From Planctomycetota bacterium (GTDB lineage: Bacteria > Planctomycetota > Phycisphaerae > Phycisphaerales > Phycisphaeraceae): DNA of 32,608 nucleotides. A model generated the notes under the pieces. That model made no database searches and had not been told where the DNA came from. It saw only the letters and a list, made by a program, of their open reading frames with translations. This document shows positions 7,805 through 15,895 of the stretch, piece after piece. The first letter of the stretch is position 1; each line of letters starts with the position of its first letter. The position numbers and the translations under genes were made by a program. The DNA lies in assembly GCA_039191195.1 (NCBI GenBank), contig JBCCXV010000001.1, forward strand, positions 1 through 32,608, given 5' to 3'.

Positions 7805-9733
7805 TCAGTCGCGGGCGTAGCCCTCTTGGATGTACTCGACGACGGCCGGCGCCGTCAGGGCCGGCTTCCAATCACCCTTACGCTGCTCGGCCATGGCCCG
7901 GCACATGTTGTCGTAGCTCACGCCGATCTTGTCCTTGGCGTACGTCTCGAGGTTGCGCGAAGCGTCACGATAGGCCCCAGATGGCTTGTAGAGGCTGTTG
8001 CCCGAAAGGCTGGCGCCGCCCGACCCGCCGCTCCAGGCTTGGAACAGCTCTTCCCGCTTGCTCGACCACTGGTGGACGACGTTGTCCTTGAGCACCAGGT
8101 CCCCGATGGGCTTGTTCCAGTTGATCGGGTCGCGGCCGCCGTTGGGCTTGTGGATGAAGAAGTTGCCCCGGAAGACCGAGTCGTCGATAAGGATCAGCGA
8201 GATGCCTTCGTCGAGCATGTTGCCGGTCTTGTCGCGGGCGCCGATGCGGGTGAACACGTTGTCTTCGACGCGGGCGTCGACGATGCCCCTGTCCTGCTTG
8301 TTGGCGGGCCACTCCTTGTACTTGACGTAGGAGGCCTTGCCCATGCCCAGCCCGGTGAAGTGGTCGGCGACGACGTTGCCCAGGAACCGGGGCCGGACGA
8401 CCTGCTCGTACTCCTTGCCGGAGGTGGCCCGCATCGCGACGTTCGAGCCCCGGGTGAAGAGGTTGTCCTTCATCGTCAGGTCGCCGATGCCCACGGTGTA
8501 GGTCGTGTGGGCCCAGCCGGACTTGGCGCCGTCGCCGGGCAGCCAGCCGTTGTGGTCGAACACGCACTGCTCGATGGTGAGGCGCTGGCTGTACTGGGCC
8601 TGGAAGTGGCCGCCGAACCGGTTGGCGCTCCAGTTGCCGAACATCACGCTGCGGAAGAAGGTCACGTCTTCGCTGCGCTGCACCTCGATGCCGCGGCTGA
8701 GGTACCGGAACCGGCAGCCCTCGACCCGGATGTTCTTGGAGTCGCGGATGGTCAGGCCGACCTGCTTGGGCGCGTCGTCTTCGCGAAAGCCCGGGCGGTA
8801 GGGGTCGCGCGACTCGGCGTAGAAGTCGAGATCGACCAGCGCGACGTGCTGGGACTGGTTAACGTCGAGATTGTCGTCCACGAGCAGCGGGCGGGGCTTG
8901 GCCACGTCGCCGTAGGCGCCGATCAGCGTCGGGAACTCGGCCGAGCGGCCCGTCATGCCTCGGTTGTCGAGTTGGTACCGGCCGCCGCGCTCGAGCAGGA
9001 GCCAGTCGCCCCTACCCACGCGGAGTTTCTGCTGGCCGGCCGGCGCCGTGCGCAGCGGGGTCTGGGGCGAGTAGCCGCTGTTGTTGTCGCTGCCCGACTT
9101 CGAGCTGACGTAGATCACCCGGCCCTCGGCGTGCAGCGGGAAGTCGGTCCAGCCCGACTCGTCCGTGGGCAACTCAACGGCGATGAACGGCTCGACGGGC
9201 GGCGCCTCGGGCTCCGCCGGAGGCTCGACCACCTCCGGCAGCGGGGCCGGCTCGGCCCAGAGCAGCAGGTTCGCGGCCTCGCCCTCGGTCAGGCCGGGCA
9301 CGCGCACGGACAGGGTATGGCTGTAGCTGGCGATCACGGCGCCCGCCTGCTCGACCACGGCCGTGATCGTGTGGGTCCCGGTGCCCAGTTCGTCGAGACG
9401 CTCGGGCCGGACCCGCCAGTCGGGGGGTTCGAGGTCGTGGACGAAGTCCTCGATGATGTCGCCGGCGCCGCCGGCGCCGCGGGCGGTGACCATGACGCGG
9501 ACCGCTTCGCCGTCGTCCAGCGCGCTCATCACCGGTTCGGGCACGCGGACCTGCACGGTGCTCATCTCGCCGACAACGTGCGTGCGGGCCGAGTCTTGGG
9601 TGAAGCCCAGGGCGTCATCTTCGACCTCGACCGCGACCTGAGCCAAGGCGAACACGCCCCAGAGCGACACAGTGGCGGCGAGCACAAAGCCCAGCAGTTG
9701 GCGGGGGGTCCGTAGCGGCCGAAGATCGGTCAT
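7805..9733 (-). CDS. Secreted right-handed parallel beta-helix (PbH1) repeat protein; paralog of the C-terminal ~470 aa of the 10871..14215 product.
   Basis: The likely start is MTDLRPLRTPRQLLGFVLAATVSLWGVFALAQV, which is signal-peptide-like, at 9733 (alternative ATG at 9760). The C-terminal ~470 aa aligns residue-for-residue with the neighbouring giant protein: LPTDESGW...GDWLLLERGG.YQLDN...NWSANRFGG.FQAQY...VFDHNGWLP...SYDNMCRAM.EQRKGDWKPALTAPA. It contains repeated short hydrophobic 'x-N-x-F' rungs typical of beta-helix carbohydrate-active enzymes. Confidence 0.75.
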   Translation of the reverse strand: MTDLRPLRTPRQLLGFVLAATVSLWGVFALAQVAVEVEDDALGFTQDSARTHVVGEMSTVQVRVPEPVMSALDDGEAVRVMVTARGAGGAGDIIEDFVHDLEPPDWRVRPERLDELGTGTHTITAVVEQAGAVIASYSHTLSVRVPGLTEGEAANLLLWAEPAPLPEVVEPPAEPEAPPVEPFIAVELPTDESGWTDFPLHAEGRVIYVSSKSGSDNNSGYSPQTPLRTAPAGQQKLRVGRGDWLLLERGGRYQLDNRGMTGRSAEFPTLIGAYGDVAKPRPLLVDDNLDVNQSQHVALVDLDFYAESRDPYRPGFREDDAPKQVGLTIRDSKNIRVEGCRFRYLSRGIEVQRSEDVTFFRSVMFGNWSANRFGGHFQAQYSQRLTIEQCVFDHNGWLPGDGAKSGWAHTTYTVGIGDLTMKDNLFTRGSNVAMRATSGKEYEQVVRPRFLGNVVADHFTGLGMGKASYVKYKEWPANKQDRGIVDARVEDNVFTRIGARDKTGNMLDEGISLILIDDSVFRGNFFIHKPNGGRDPINWNKPIGDLVLKDNVVHQWSSKREELFQAWSGGSGGASLSGNSLYKPSGAYRDASRNLETYAKDKIGVSYDNMCRAMAEQRKGDWKPALTAPAVVEYIQEGYARD

Positions 9734-10109
9734 AGCAAAACGCTCACTCGAGGGGGGCATGAACCGGAAGGAGCGGGGCCCGGTGGGGATCCGGACAGCA
9801 ATGCGCGGGGGGCAGGGTCTTTCTCGCCGGGGGAGCCTTGAAACGGGTCGCCAGGCGGAAGTCCGCGTGACCACACCGTTCGCTCGGGAAGGGGGATCCC
9901 GAACGTGCCGAGGAGGCCTCGCGGGGCTGCGCTTTGCCCCAGGCCGGCGTCGCGCCGACCGTGCCTAACCCTCTCGGGGACCCGTCCTTGGGCCCACGGC
10001 AGACCCTATCAGGTTTTCCACGGGTGTCTAGGGTGAACTAGGTCCGAGAATGGTCGCGATCCGGCCGCCGGGGGTCGATTGCCAGGGCGGAAGTCATCCA
10101 ACCAACACA

Positions 10110-10131
10110 CATTAATTACACAAACTTAATG
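10110..10131. promoter_or_regulatory. AT-rich inverted repeat CATTAA-N10-TTAATG in the divergent promoter region.
   Basis: CATTAA at 10110-10115 and TTAATG at 10126-10131 lie inside the only clearly AT-rich patch of the window (about 10096-10143). The site is about 65 bp upstream of the sulfotransferase ATG (10196). Confidence 0.25.
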
Positions 10132-10195
10132 ATGTGCTCTCCGAGCAACCGCCCCACTGCGTCTTCCCGGCCGCGAACGAGTAGGCTCCCCCGCC

Positions 10196-10849
10196 ATGAG
10201 CGGTTTGCTCGCCAAGATCCGCAAACAGGTGCGATACCGGCTGCTCGGCCAGATCGACGCCCAGAAACCCATGATCTTCGGCGTGGGGGTCAGCCGGACG
10301 GGCACCACCTCGCTCACCGTGGCCCTGGAAGAGCTCGGCTACAAGGCCATCCACTTCCCCCACTGCTTTGAGGTGGTCGACGGCGAAGTCCGCTTCAAGT
10401 GGCGGTGGTACCTGCCGGAGTTCGACGGCTTCACCGACCTGCCGGTGGCCCGGTACTACCGCGAACTCGACGCGATGTACCCCCGGGCCCAGTTCATCCT
10501 CACCGTGCGCGACGAGGACAAGTGGGTCGGCTCGGTCACCAAGTTCTTCAGCCGCGAGCGGTACGACGAGGTCAAAGACAAGCCCGAGTTCGCCGAGGGC
10601 GTCCGGCTGCGGGCCACGTTCTACGGCTCGCCCTGGTTCGAGCACGAGCGGTATATCGCCGCCATGCGGTCGCACAACGACGCGGTGCGGGCCCACTTCG
10701 CCGACCGCCCGGGCAAGCTGCTCGAGCTCGACGTCACCCGGCCCGACGCCTGGCGGAAGCTGTGCGGCTACCTCGGCAAGCCCGAGCCCGAAGAAGACCG
10801 GCCGTTCCCCTGGGCGAACGAGGGAACGGCCGGCCGTCGGAAGCACTGA
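10196..10849 (+). CDS. Sulfotransferase family protein (Sulfotransfer_4-like).
   Basis: The 217-aa ORF has a PAPS 5'-phosphosulfate-binding loop, GVGVSRTGTTSLTVALEELGY. It also has ARYYRELDAMYPRAQFILTVRDEDKW and a C-terminal WRKLCGYLGKPEPEEDRPFPWANE, matching the conserved layout of this family. Confidence 0.85.
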   Translation: MSGLLAKIRKQVRYRLLGQIDAQKPMIFGVGVSRTGTTSLTVALEELGYKAIHFPHCFEVVDGEVRFKWRWYLPEFDGFTDLPVARYYRELDAMYPRAQFILTVRDEDKWVGSVTKFFSRERYDEVKDKPEFAEGVRLRATFYGSPWFEHERYIAAMRSHNDAVRAHFADRPGKLLELDVTRPDAWRKLCGYLGKPEPEEDRPFPWANEGTAGRRKH

Positions 10850-10870
10850 GTTGTCGGGCGGGTCGCGGGC

Positions 10871-13800
10871 TTAGTCGAACGACGAGCGGTCGAAGCCCTG
10901 GGCGATGTAGGTGCGGATGGCCGGGGCGGTGAGCGCGGGCTTCCAGTCGCCCTTGCGCTGCTCGACCATGGCCCGGCACATGTTGTCGTAGCTCAGTCCC
11001 AGCCGGTCCTTGGCGTACTTCACCAGGTCGCGCGAGGGGTCGCGGTACTCGTTGTCGGGCCGCTCGATGAGGTTGCCCGAGTCGGTCACGCTCGCGCCGC
11101 CGCCCCAGGACTGCCAGAGCTTGTTCCGCTTGCTGCCGTAGTCGTGCATGATGTTGCCCTTCATGATCACGCGGCCCATCTTGACGCTCCAGTTGATGGG
11201 GTCGCGGCTGCCGTTGGTCTTGTGGATGAAGTAGTTGTTCTCGATCCGCGTGTTGTCGTTGAGGGCCAAGGCGACGGCCTCGTCGAGCATGTTGCCGGTG
11301 ACGTCGCGGGCGCCGATCCGGGTGAACACGTTCGCCGTGACCATGGCGTCGACGACGCCGCGGGCCTGCTTGTTCGACGGCCAGGTGTCGTACTTGACGT
11401 ACGAGGCCTTGCTCATGCTCAGGCCGGTGAAGTGGTCGGCGACGATGTTGCCCGACATCAGGGGCGAGCGGGTCTGCTCGTACTCGGCGCCCGAACCGGC
11501 CCGCATGGCGACGTTCGAGCCCCGGGTGAAGAGGTTGTCCTTCATCACCAGGCCGTCGATGCCCACGGTGTAGGTCGTGTGGGCCCAGCCGGACTTAGCG
11601 CTGTCCTTGGGCAGCCAGCCGTTGTGGTCGAACACGCACTCGATGATGCGGAGGTCTTCGCAGTACTGGGCCTGGAACTTGCCGCCGAAGCGGTTGGCGC
11701 TCCAGTTGCCGAACATGACCGTGCGGTAGAAGGTCACGTCTTCGCTGCGCTGCACCTCGACGCCGCGGCTCAGGAACCGCAGCCGGCAGCCTTCGATGCG
11801 GATGTTCTTCGAGTTGCGGACCGTCAGGCCGATCTGCTTGGGCGCGTCGTCTTCGCGGAAGCCGCCGCGGTAGGGGTCGCGCGACTTGGCGTAGAAGTCC
11901 AGGTCGAGCAGCGCGACGTGGCGTGACTCGTTCAGGTCGAAGTTGTCGTCCACCAGCAACGGGCGGGGCTTGGACACGTCGCCGTAGGCGCCGATCACCG
12001 CGGGGTACTCGGCCGAGCGACCGACGACCGTGCGGTTGTCGAGCTGGTACTCGCCGCCGCGCTCGAGCAGGACCCAGTCGCCCTTGCCGGCCCGGACCTT
12101 GCGCAGGGCGTCGTTGGCGTTCTGACCCTTGGACACGTAGTAGACCTGCGCGTCGGGGTGCGGCTTGTACTGCGTCCAACCCGACTCGTCGGTGGGCAGG
12201 TCGAGCTGGGGCGCCTCGTCCGCCGGGGCTTCGGCGACGGGCTCTTCGTCGTCACGCAGCACCTCGATCACCGTGGCGGCGCGAACGAGCGTGCCGTCGG
12301 GCAACCGGGTGATGGCCTGCAGGTGGTTCACGCCGCTGGGCAGGTTGTCCAGGCGGCTGGCGGGGATGGTCCACGGCGAGCCGCCGAGCGTAAACGTGAA
12401 GTCGGGCGCCAGGTCGTTGATCCGCTCAGACCACGACTGGATCAGCACGTCGGCGCCGTCGGGCAGGTCGCCCTCGACGACGAGCTGGATCGCCACGCCC
12501 GACTCGGGCAGGTACTGCGCGGGCAACCCGCCGGGGAACGACACGCGGAACGGCTCGGCCTCCGCTTCGGGCTCGCCCTGCTGCTGCGACGGCTGCTCGA
12601 CGACGGGGTCCGGGGACTCGGGCTCGGGCTGCGGGTCGGCGCTGGAGCCGGTGTCCGCGCCGCCGGCGTCGCCGGCATCGGGCGTGGAACCGCCGGCATC
12701 GGCGTCGCCTTCGTTGCCTGGCGTTTCGGGGGCGGGGTCGTCGCCGACGGCCGCGGGGTCGCGCACGTCCAAGTTAAACGAGATCAGCTGGACCACCTTG
12801 TTGTCGACCCGCAGCAGGGCCTGCAGGTTCACCCGGCCGGCCGGCAGCTTGGCCATGTACGCAGCGCTCACGGAAGGCGTGTCGCCGCTCACGACGTGAG
12901 CGAACGGCCGCCAGATCTCTTGCTGGTCGAGCGACCAGGCCTGGAACAGCACGTCGCCGCCGGCGGGCATGGGGCCGTTCAGCGTCACGCCGACCGTCTG
13001 GCCGTCGCCGCGCACCACCACGTCGGGCGTGTTGGCAAAACGGATCGAGGGCGTCACGACCTCGGCGGGGTCTTGCGGTTCGGGCTGAGCCTCGGGTTCG
13101 GTATCAACCACGGGCTCTTCGGCCTGGGGCGACTCGGCCACGGGCTCTTCGGCTTGCGGCTCGTCTGGCACGGGCGTCGGCTCGGCCGCCGGGGCGGTGA
13201 CCTCGAACGCCTTAGACGCGTCGTCGATCAGCACGCCGTTGATTCGGGCTTGGGCTTGGAGCGTGTAGGCGCCCACGGGCAGGCTCGACAGCGCCGAGGC
13301 CGGCACGACGCCGGCGTCGGTGAGAGGCAGCGCGCTCCAGGCGCCGGACCCGTCGCGGATCGACGCCGACAGGTCGGCGTCGCCGGTGGTGGCGAGCGCA
13401 ATGGCCGGAGCTTGGCCGACCTCGGCCCACGCCGATGCGTTCTGGAACGCCACGCCGACGGGCGTAAGCCGTAGACGGGCGCCGGTGCGCGACAACTCCC
13501 GGGCGTTGCGGCGGAGCACGGCGATCAGCGTCACCTCGCCCGGGTCGAGCGCGCGGAGCTTGGCCGCATCGATCGTCACCTGGTCGCCGGTGAGCACGTG
13601 GGTGAAGCCCGGCACGAGCCGGTCCTGGTCTTCGTGCCACGCCTGGATCATGTAATCGCAGTCGGCCGGCAGCGGGCCGGAAACGTTCAGCCGCACCGGC
13701 TGGCTGACGCCGCGGTCGCCCACGGCGAGTTCCATCCGGTTGTCGGCGAACGCGAACGTCGGCGCCAGGGCCGCCGAGGGCTTGACGACGTCCAGGTTCA

Positions 13801-14215
13801 CCCAAACGGTCTGGCGTACCCGGTAGCGGTCGCGCAGCAGCAGCTGCACCTGCACCCGCCCGGGTGCAAGCCGGTCGAGGCGGTCGGCGGAGACGACCAC
13901 GTCGTCGCCGGCGCCGATCACGTGGCTGAAGCTCGGCGCCATGCGGTTGTCGTCGAGCCGCCAGGCCTGCACGACCACGTCCTGACCGCGTTCGACCTGA
14001 CCCTCGAGGGCGAGGTCTTGCCCCGAACCGATTACGTAGCGCTGGGGGGCGTCGACGAAGGCGACCTCGGGGGCGGCGGCGTAAGCCATAGGAGCGGTCC
14101 CGCAGAAAGCGAACGCCATGGCGCCGGCCGCGGCCAGCGCGCGCACAAGGGCGGCGCGGGAGGGGCGGGGCGTGGCGGATCGGGATGCGGGACGGTCTTG
14201 CGGCGAGGAGAACAT
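10871..14215 (-). CDS. Large secreted multidomain protein: signal peptide, about five repeated ~90-100-aa modules joined by acidic Pro/Glu/Asp linkers, and a C-terminal right-handed beta-helix domain.
   Basis: Within ORF 10871..14716 the likely start is MFSSPQDRPASRSATPRPSRAALVRALAAAGAMAFAFCGTAPMAYAAAPE at 14215 (alternative ATG at 14311). Repeat modules share a hallmark such as VVVQAWRLDDNRMAPSFSHVI, MIQAWHEDQDRLVPGFTHVL, LFQAWSLDQQEIWRPFAHVV and LIQSWSERINDLAPDFTFTL. The C-terminal domain is paralogous to 7805..9733. Confidence 0.75.
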   Translation of the reverse strand: MFSSPQDRPASRSATPRPSRAALVRALAAAGAMAFAFCGTAPMAYAAAPEVAFVDAPQRYVIGSGQDLALEGQVERGQDVVVQAWRLDDNRMAPSFSHVIGAGDDVVVSADRLDRLAPGRVQVQLLLRDRYRVRQTVWVNLDVVKPSAALAPTFAFADNRMELAVGDRGVSQPVRLNVSGPLPADCDYMIQAWHEDQDRLVPGFTHVLTGDQVTIDAAKLRALDPGEVTLIAVLRRNARELSRTGARLRLTPVGVAFQNASAWAEVGQAPAIALATTGDADLSASIRDGSGAWSALPLTDAGVVPASALSSLPVGAYTLQAQARINGVLIDDASKAFEVTAPAAEPTPVPDEPQAEEPVAESPQAEEPVVDTEPEAQPEPQDPAEVVTPSIRFANTPDVVVRGDGQTVGVTLNGPMPAGGDVLFQAWSLDQQEIWRPFAHVVSGDTPSVSAAYMAKLPAGRVNLQALLRVDNKVVQLISFNLDVRDPAAVGDDPAPETPGNEGDADAGGSTPDAGDAGGADTGSSADPQPEPESPDPVVEQPSQQQGEPEAEAEPFRVSFPGGLPAQYLPESGVAIQLVVEGDLPDGADVLIQSWSERINDLAPDFTFTLGGSPWTIPASRLDNLPSGVNHLQAITRLPDGTLVRAATVIEVLRDDEEPVAEAPADEAPQLDLPTDESGWTQYKPHPDAQVYYVSKGQNANDALRKVRAGKGDWVLLERGGEYQLDNRTVVGRSAEYPAVIGAYGDVSKPRPLLVDDNFDLNESRHVALLDLDFYAKSRDPYRGGFREDDAPKQIGLTVRNSKNIRIEGCRLRFLSRGVEVQRSEDVTFYRTVMFGNWSANRFGGKFQAQYCEDLRIIECVFDHNGWLPKDSAKSGWAHTTYTVGIDGLVMKDNLFTRGSNVAMRAGSGAEYEQTRSPLMSGNIVADHFTGLSMSKASYVKYDTWPSNKQARGVVDAMVTANVFTRIGARDVTGNMLDEAVALALNDNTRIENNYFIHKTNGSRDPINWSVKMGRVIMKGNIMHDYGSKRNKLWQSWGGGASVTDSGNLIERPDNEYRDPSRDLVKYAKDRLGLSYDNMCRAMVEQRKGDWKPALTAPAIRTYIAQGFDRSSFD
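13108..13167. repeat. 30-bp tandem duplication inside the acidic linker of the giant protein.
   Basis: ccacgggctcttcggc recurs at 13108 and 13138. The duplication encodes PQAEEPVAES / PQAEEPVVDT. Confidence 0.8.
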
Positions 14216-14654
14216 CAACGACCTCCGTGGGTCTGTGTCGGTTGGGGCGCCGGGGCGGTCCGGCGTGTCGAACCATGTCAACGCATATGAGGGGGCGTCG
14301 GGCCTGCTCATTGCGAACGGCTTGGGCGTTTCCGTCGGCCCCGTGGCTGCCTGGCCTGCGTAGCCGGTGCAACCCGAAGCCGGCGTTTGCCCAGCCGGCG
14401 CCACCCGTCGCGGCCTCCGCCGCCGGGCGGGGCCCCCGGGTCGGCCTGGGGTCCGGCCGGGCCGGCCGTTCCTTCCCCAAGCCCCCTGTTCCATCGGCCC
14501 GAATCGACACCCCCGCGCCCGCGTGTGACGGTTCGACAAACCCGGCTCGGAACCCATGCCGGTCGTAACGCCTGCACAAACCACAAGACGCGGCGCGCTC
14601 TGGGGAAGCGTCAGCCCTCTAGGGCTTAGGGGAAGTCCGCGAGGCCGCTTCCGC

Positions 14655-15521
14655 CTAATCGCTCCAACCAGGACCCAGCGCCTTGCCCAAGCGTCGCAGG
14701 TAGTCGTCGCGGGCAACCTCGGCCACGCCGAACTGCGCGAGGTGGTCGTTGTGGAATTGCACGTCGAGCAACCGCGCGCCGCGCCCGCGCAGCCAACGAA
14801 CGAGCTCCACCAGGCATGCCTGCGAGGCGTACGGCCGGGTCGAGAACATGCTCTCGGCGAAGAACGCGCGGCCCAGCGCTAAGCCGTAGATGCCGCCGAC
14901 GAGCTCTAACCCGTCGATCTTCGGCGGCCGCAGATCCGTCTCGGAAACGTCGGCGCGCGAAAACGTCGGGCTTGCTGTCTTGGACTCTTCAGAGCACGTT
15001 TCCGCGGGAGCGGGCGGGGGCTGTTCCGGGGGCTGTTCCGGGGGCGAGAACGGGGGCGGTTTCCGGGGGGGCGCCCAGGCTTCGATCGAGTGCGCCAGGT
15101 CGTGCCCGTGCAGCCGCACGAACGCGGCTTCGATCGGGCGGCTGATCCAGGTCTGCTCCCGCCCCGGGCCCGGCGCCGCGCAGCTCGAAACGACGCGCGC
15201 GAACGCCCGGTCGTACGTCAGCACGAATGGCTCGTCGCGCAACGCCTTCCGCAACGATCGGCGGACGCGGAACGCGCCGGCCGGGTCTTCCTCGGCGATG
15301 GGCAGGATCGCCCGCGGGTCGGGGCAGAGCCAGTGCACGTGGGTGTCGCCCCGCGACTCGGCCATGGGAAAAAGCCCGCGCGAATACGCCGCGACGAGCA
15401 GTTCGGGGTCGAGCGAAGGCGAAGGGGGAACGACGCGCACGACACGATCATCGCGCAGGAACGCGTTGAAACCAAGCGCGCGGACGGCGACTCGCCGCGG
15501 GTACTTCACCGGATCCGGCAA
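14655..15521 (-). CDS. aat: Leucyl/phenylalanyl-tRNA--protein transferase, carrying a ~55-aa low-complexity insertion.
   Basis: Contains AYSRGLFPM...W.CPDPRAILP...FRVRRSLRKAL...TWISRPIEAAFVRLHGHDLAHSIEAW...[insert]...LVGGIYGLALGRAFFAESMFS...LLDVQFHNDHLAQFG, which matches E. coli Aat motifs. TTG start at 15521. Confidence 0.85.
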   Translation of the reverse strand: MPDPVKYPRRVAVRALGFNAFLRDDRVVRVVPPSPSLDPELLVAAYSRGLFPMAESRGDTHVHWLCPDPRAILPIAEEDPAGAFRVRRSLRKALRDEPFVLTYDRAFARVVSSCAAPGPGREQTWISRPIEAAFVRLHGHDLAHSIEAWAPPRKPPPFSPPEQPPEQPPPAPAETCSEESKTASPTFSRADVSETDLRPPKIDGLELVGGIYGLALGRAFFAESMFSTRPYASQACLVELVRWLRGRGARLLDVQFHNDHLAQFGVAEVARDDYLRRLGKALGPGWSD

Positions 15522-15530
15522 GCGAGCGTC

Positions 15531-15866
15531 TCACGCATCCGGGTCGCCAGTCACGTCGATAAGCCGGAGCAGATCGACCCGCTGCACCGTCGGCGCCGCG
15601 CTCAGCCAGTCACGCAGTCGATCGGCGTGCTGCTCGCCTCGCTGGCGATCGGAGTTCTCGAACTGGACCACGCCAGTCAAGAACGCAGCGTCGCAGGCGC
15701 CGCCGTATCGCCAAGCATTGGTCTCGACGAACTCGATGAACTCGTCGAGAAAGGGAAGCTCTTCACTTTGACCGACCAGCGCACACGCAAACTCGACTCC
15801 CCAGTGGGGGGACAACGCCAGCTCACGCCCGCGTGCACGGCCAATGCGACTCCACAAGCGACTCAA
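15531..15866 (-). CDS. Small hypothetical protein, possibly YggL/DUF469-like (50S-subunit-associated protein family).
   Basis: The track ORF 15531..15953 overlaps tRNA-Phe, so the real start must lie downstream of it (candidate TTG at 15866 or 15857). The pattern GVEFACAL...LDEFIEFVETNAWRYGG...GEQHADRLRDWL...VDLLRLIDV resembles E. coli YggL as I remember it. Codon usage is of visibly lower GC than in neighbouring genes. Confidence 0.45.
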   Translation of the reverse strand: MSRLWSRIGRARGRELALSPHWGVEFACALVGQSEELPFLDEFIEFVETNAWRYGGACDAAFLTGVVQFENSDRQRGEQHADRLRDWLSAAPTVQRVDLLRLIDVTGDPDA

Positions 15867-15895
15867 TAACTGCCCCGGGCAATGAAACACAAGAA

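Noticed and set aside
6029-9715. 1228-aa plus-strand ORF spanning the flippase and the beta-helix gene.
   Set aside because: It is antisense to two genes with clear family signatures (Wzx and the PbH1 beta-helix). Its translation is an Arg/Gly/Ala/Pro/His/Asp-rich low-complexity sequence with no motifs. This is the typical shadow ORF of high-GC DNA.
9764-9794. Additional CCGG(A) units (CCGGAAGGAGC, CCGGTGGGGAT, CCGGACAGCAA) in the leader of the 642-aa beta-helix gene.
   Set aside because: The spacing is irregular (16 and 11 bp) and there are only three units. This is too weak to call an array in DNA this GC-rich.
7805-12205. Diversity-generating retroelement (template/variable repeat) as an explanation for the two similar ~1.35-kb segments.
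   Set aside because: Both copies are coding and full-domain length. The differences are spread over all bases and codon positions rather than being adenine-specific. No reverse transcriptase gene is present.
13212-14579. 455-aa minus-strand ORF (alternative frame) and several 80-230-aa ORFs across 13.3-14.6 kb.
   Set aside because: They are out of frame with, or antisense to, the giant repeat protein, whose frame shows repeated conserved modules and a signal peptide. The alternatives are Arg/Pro-rich.
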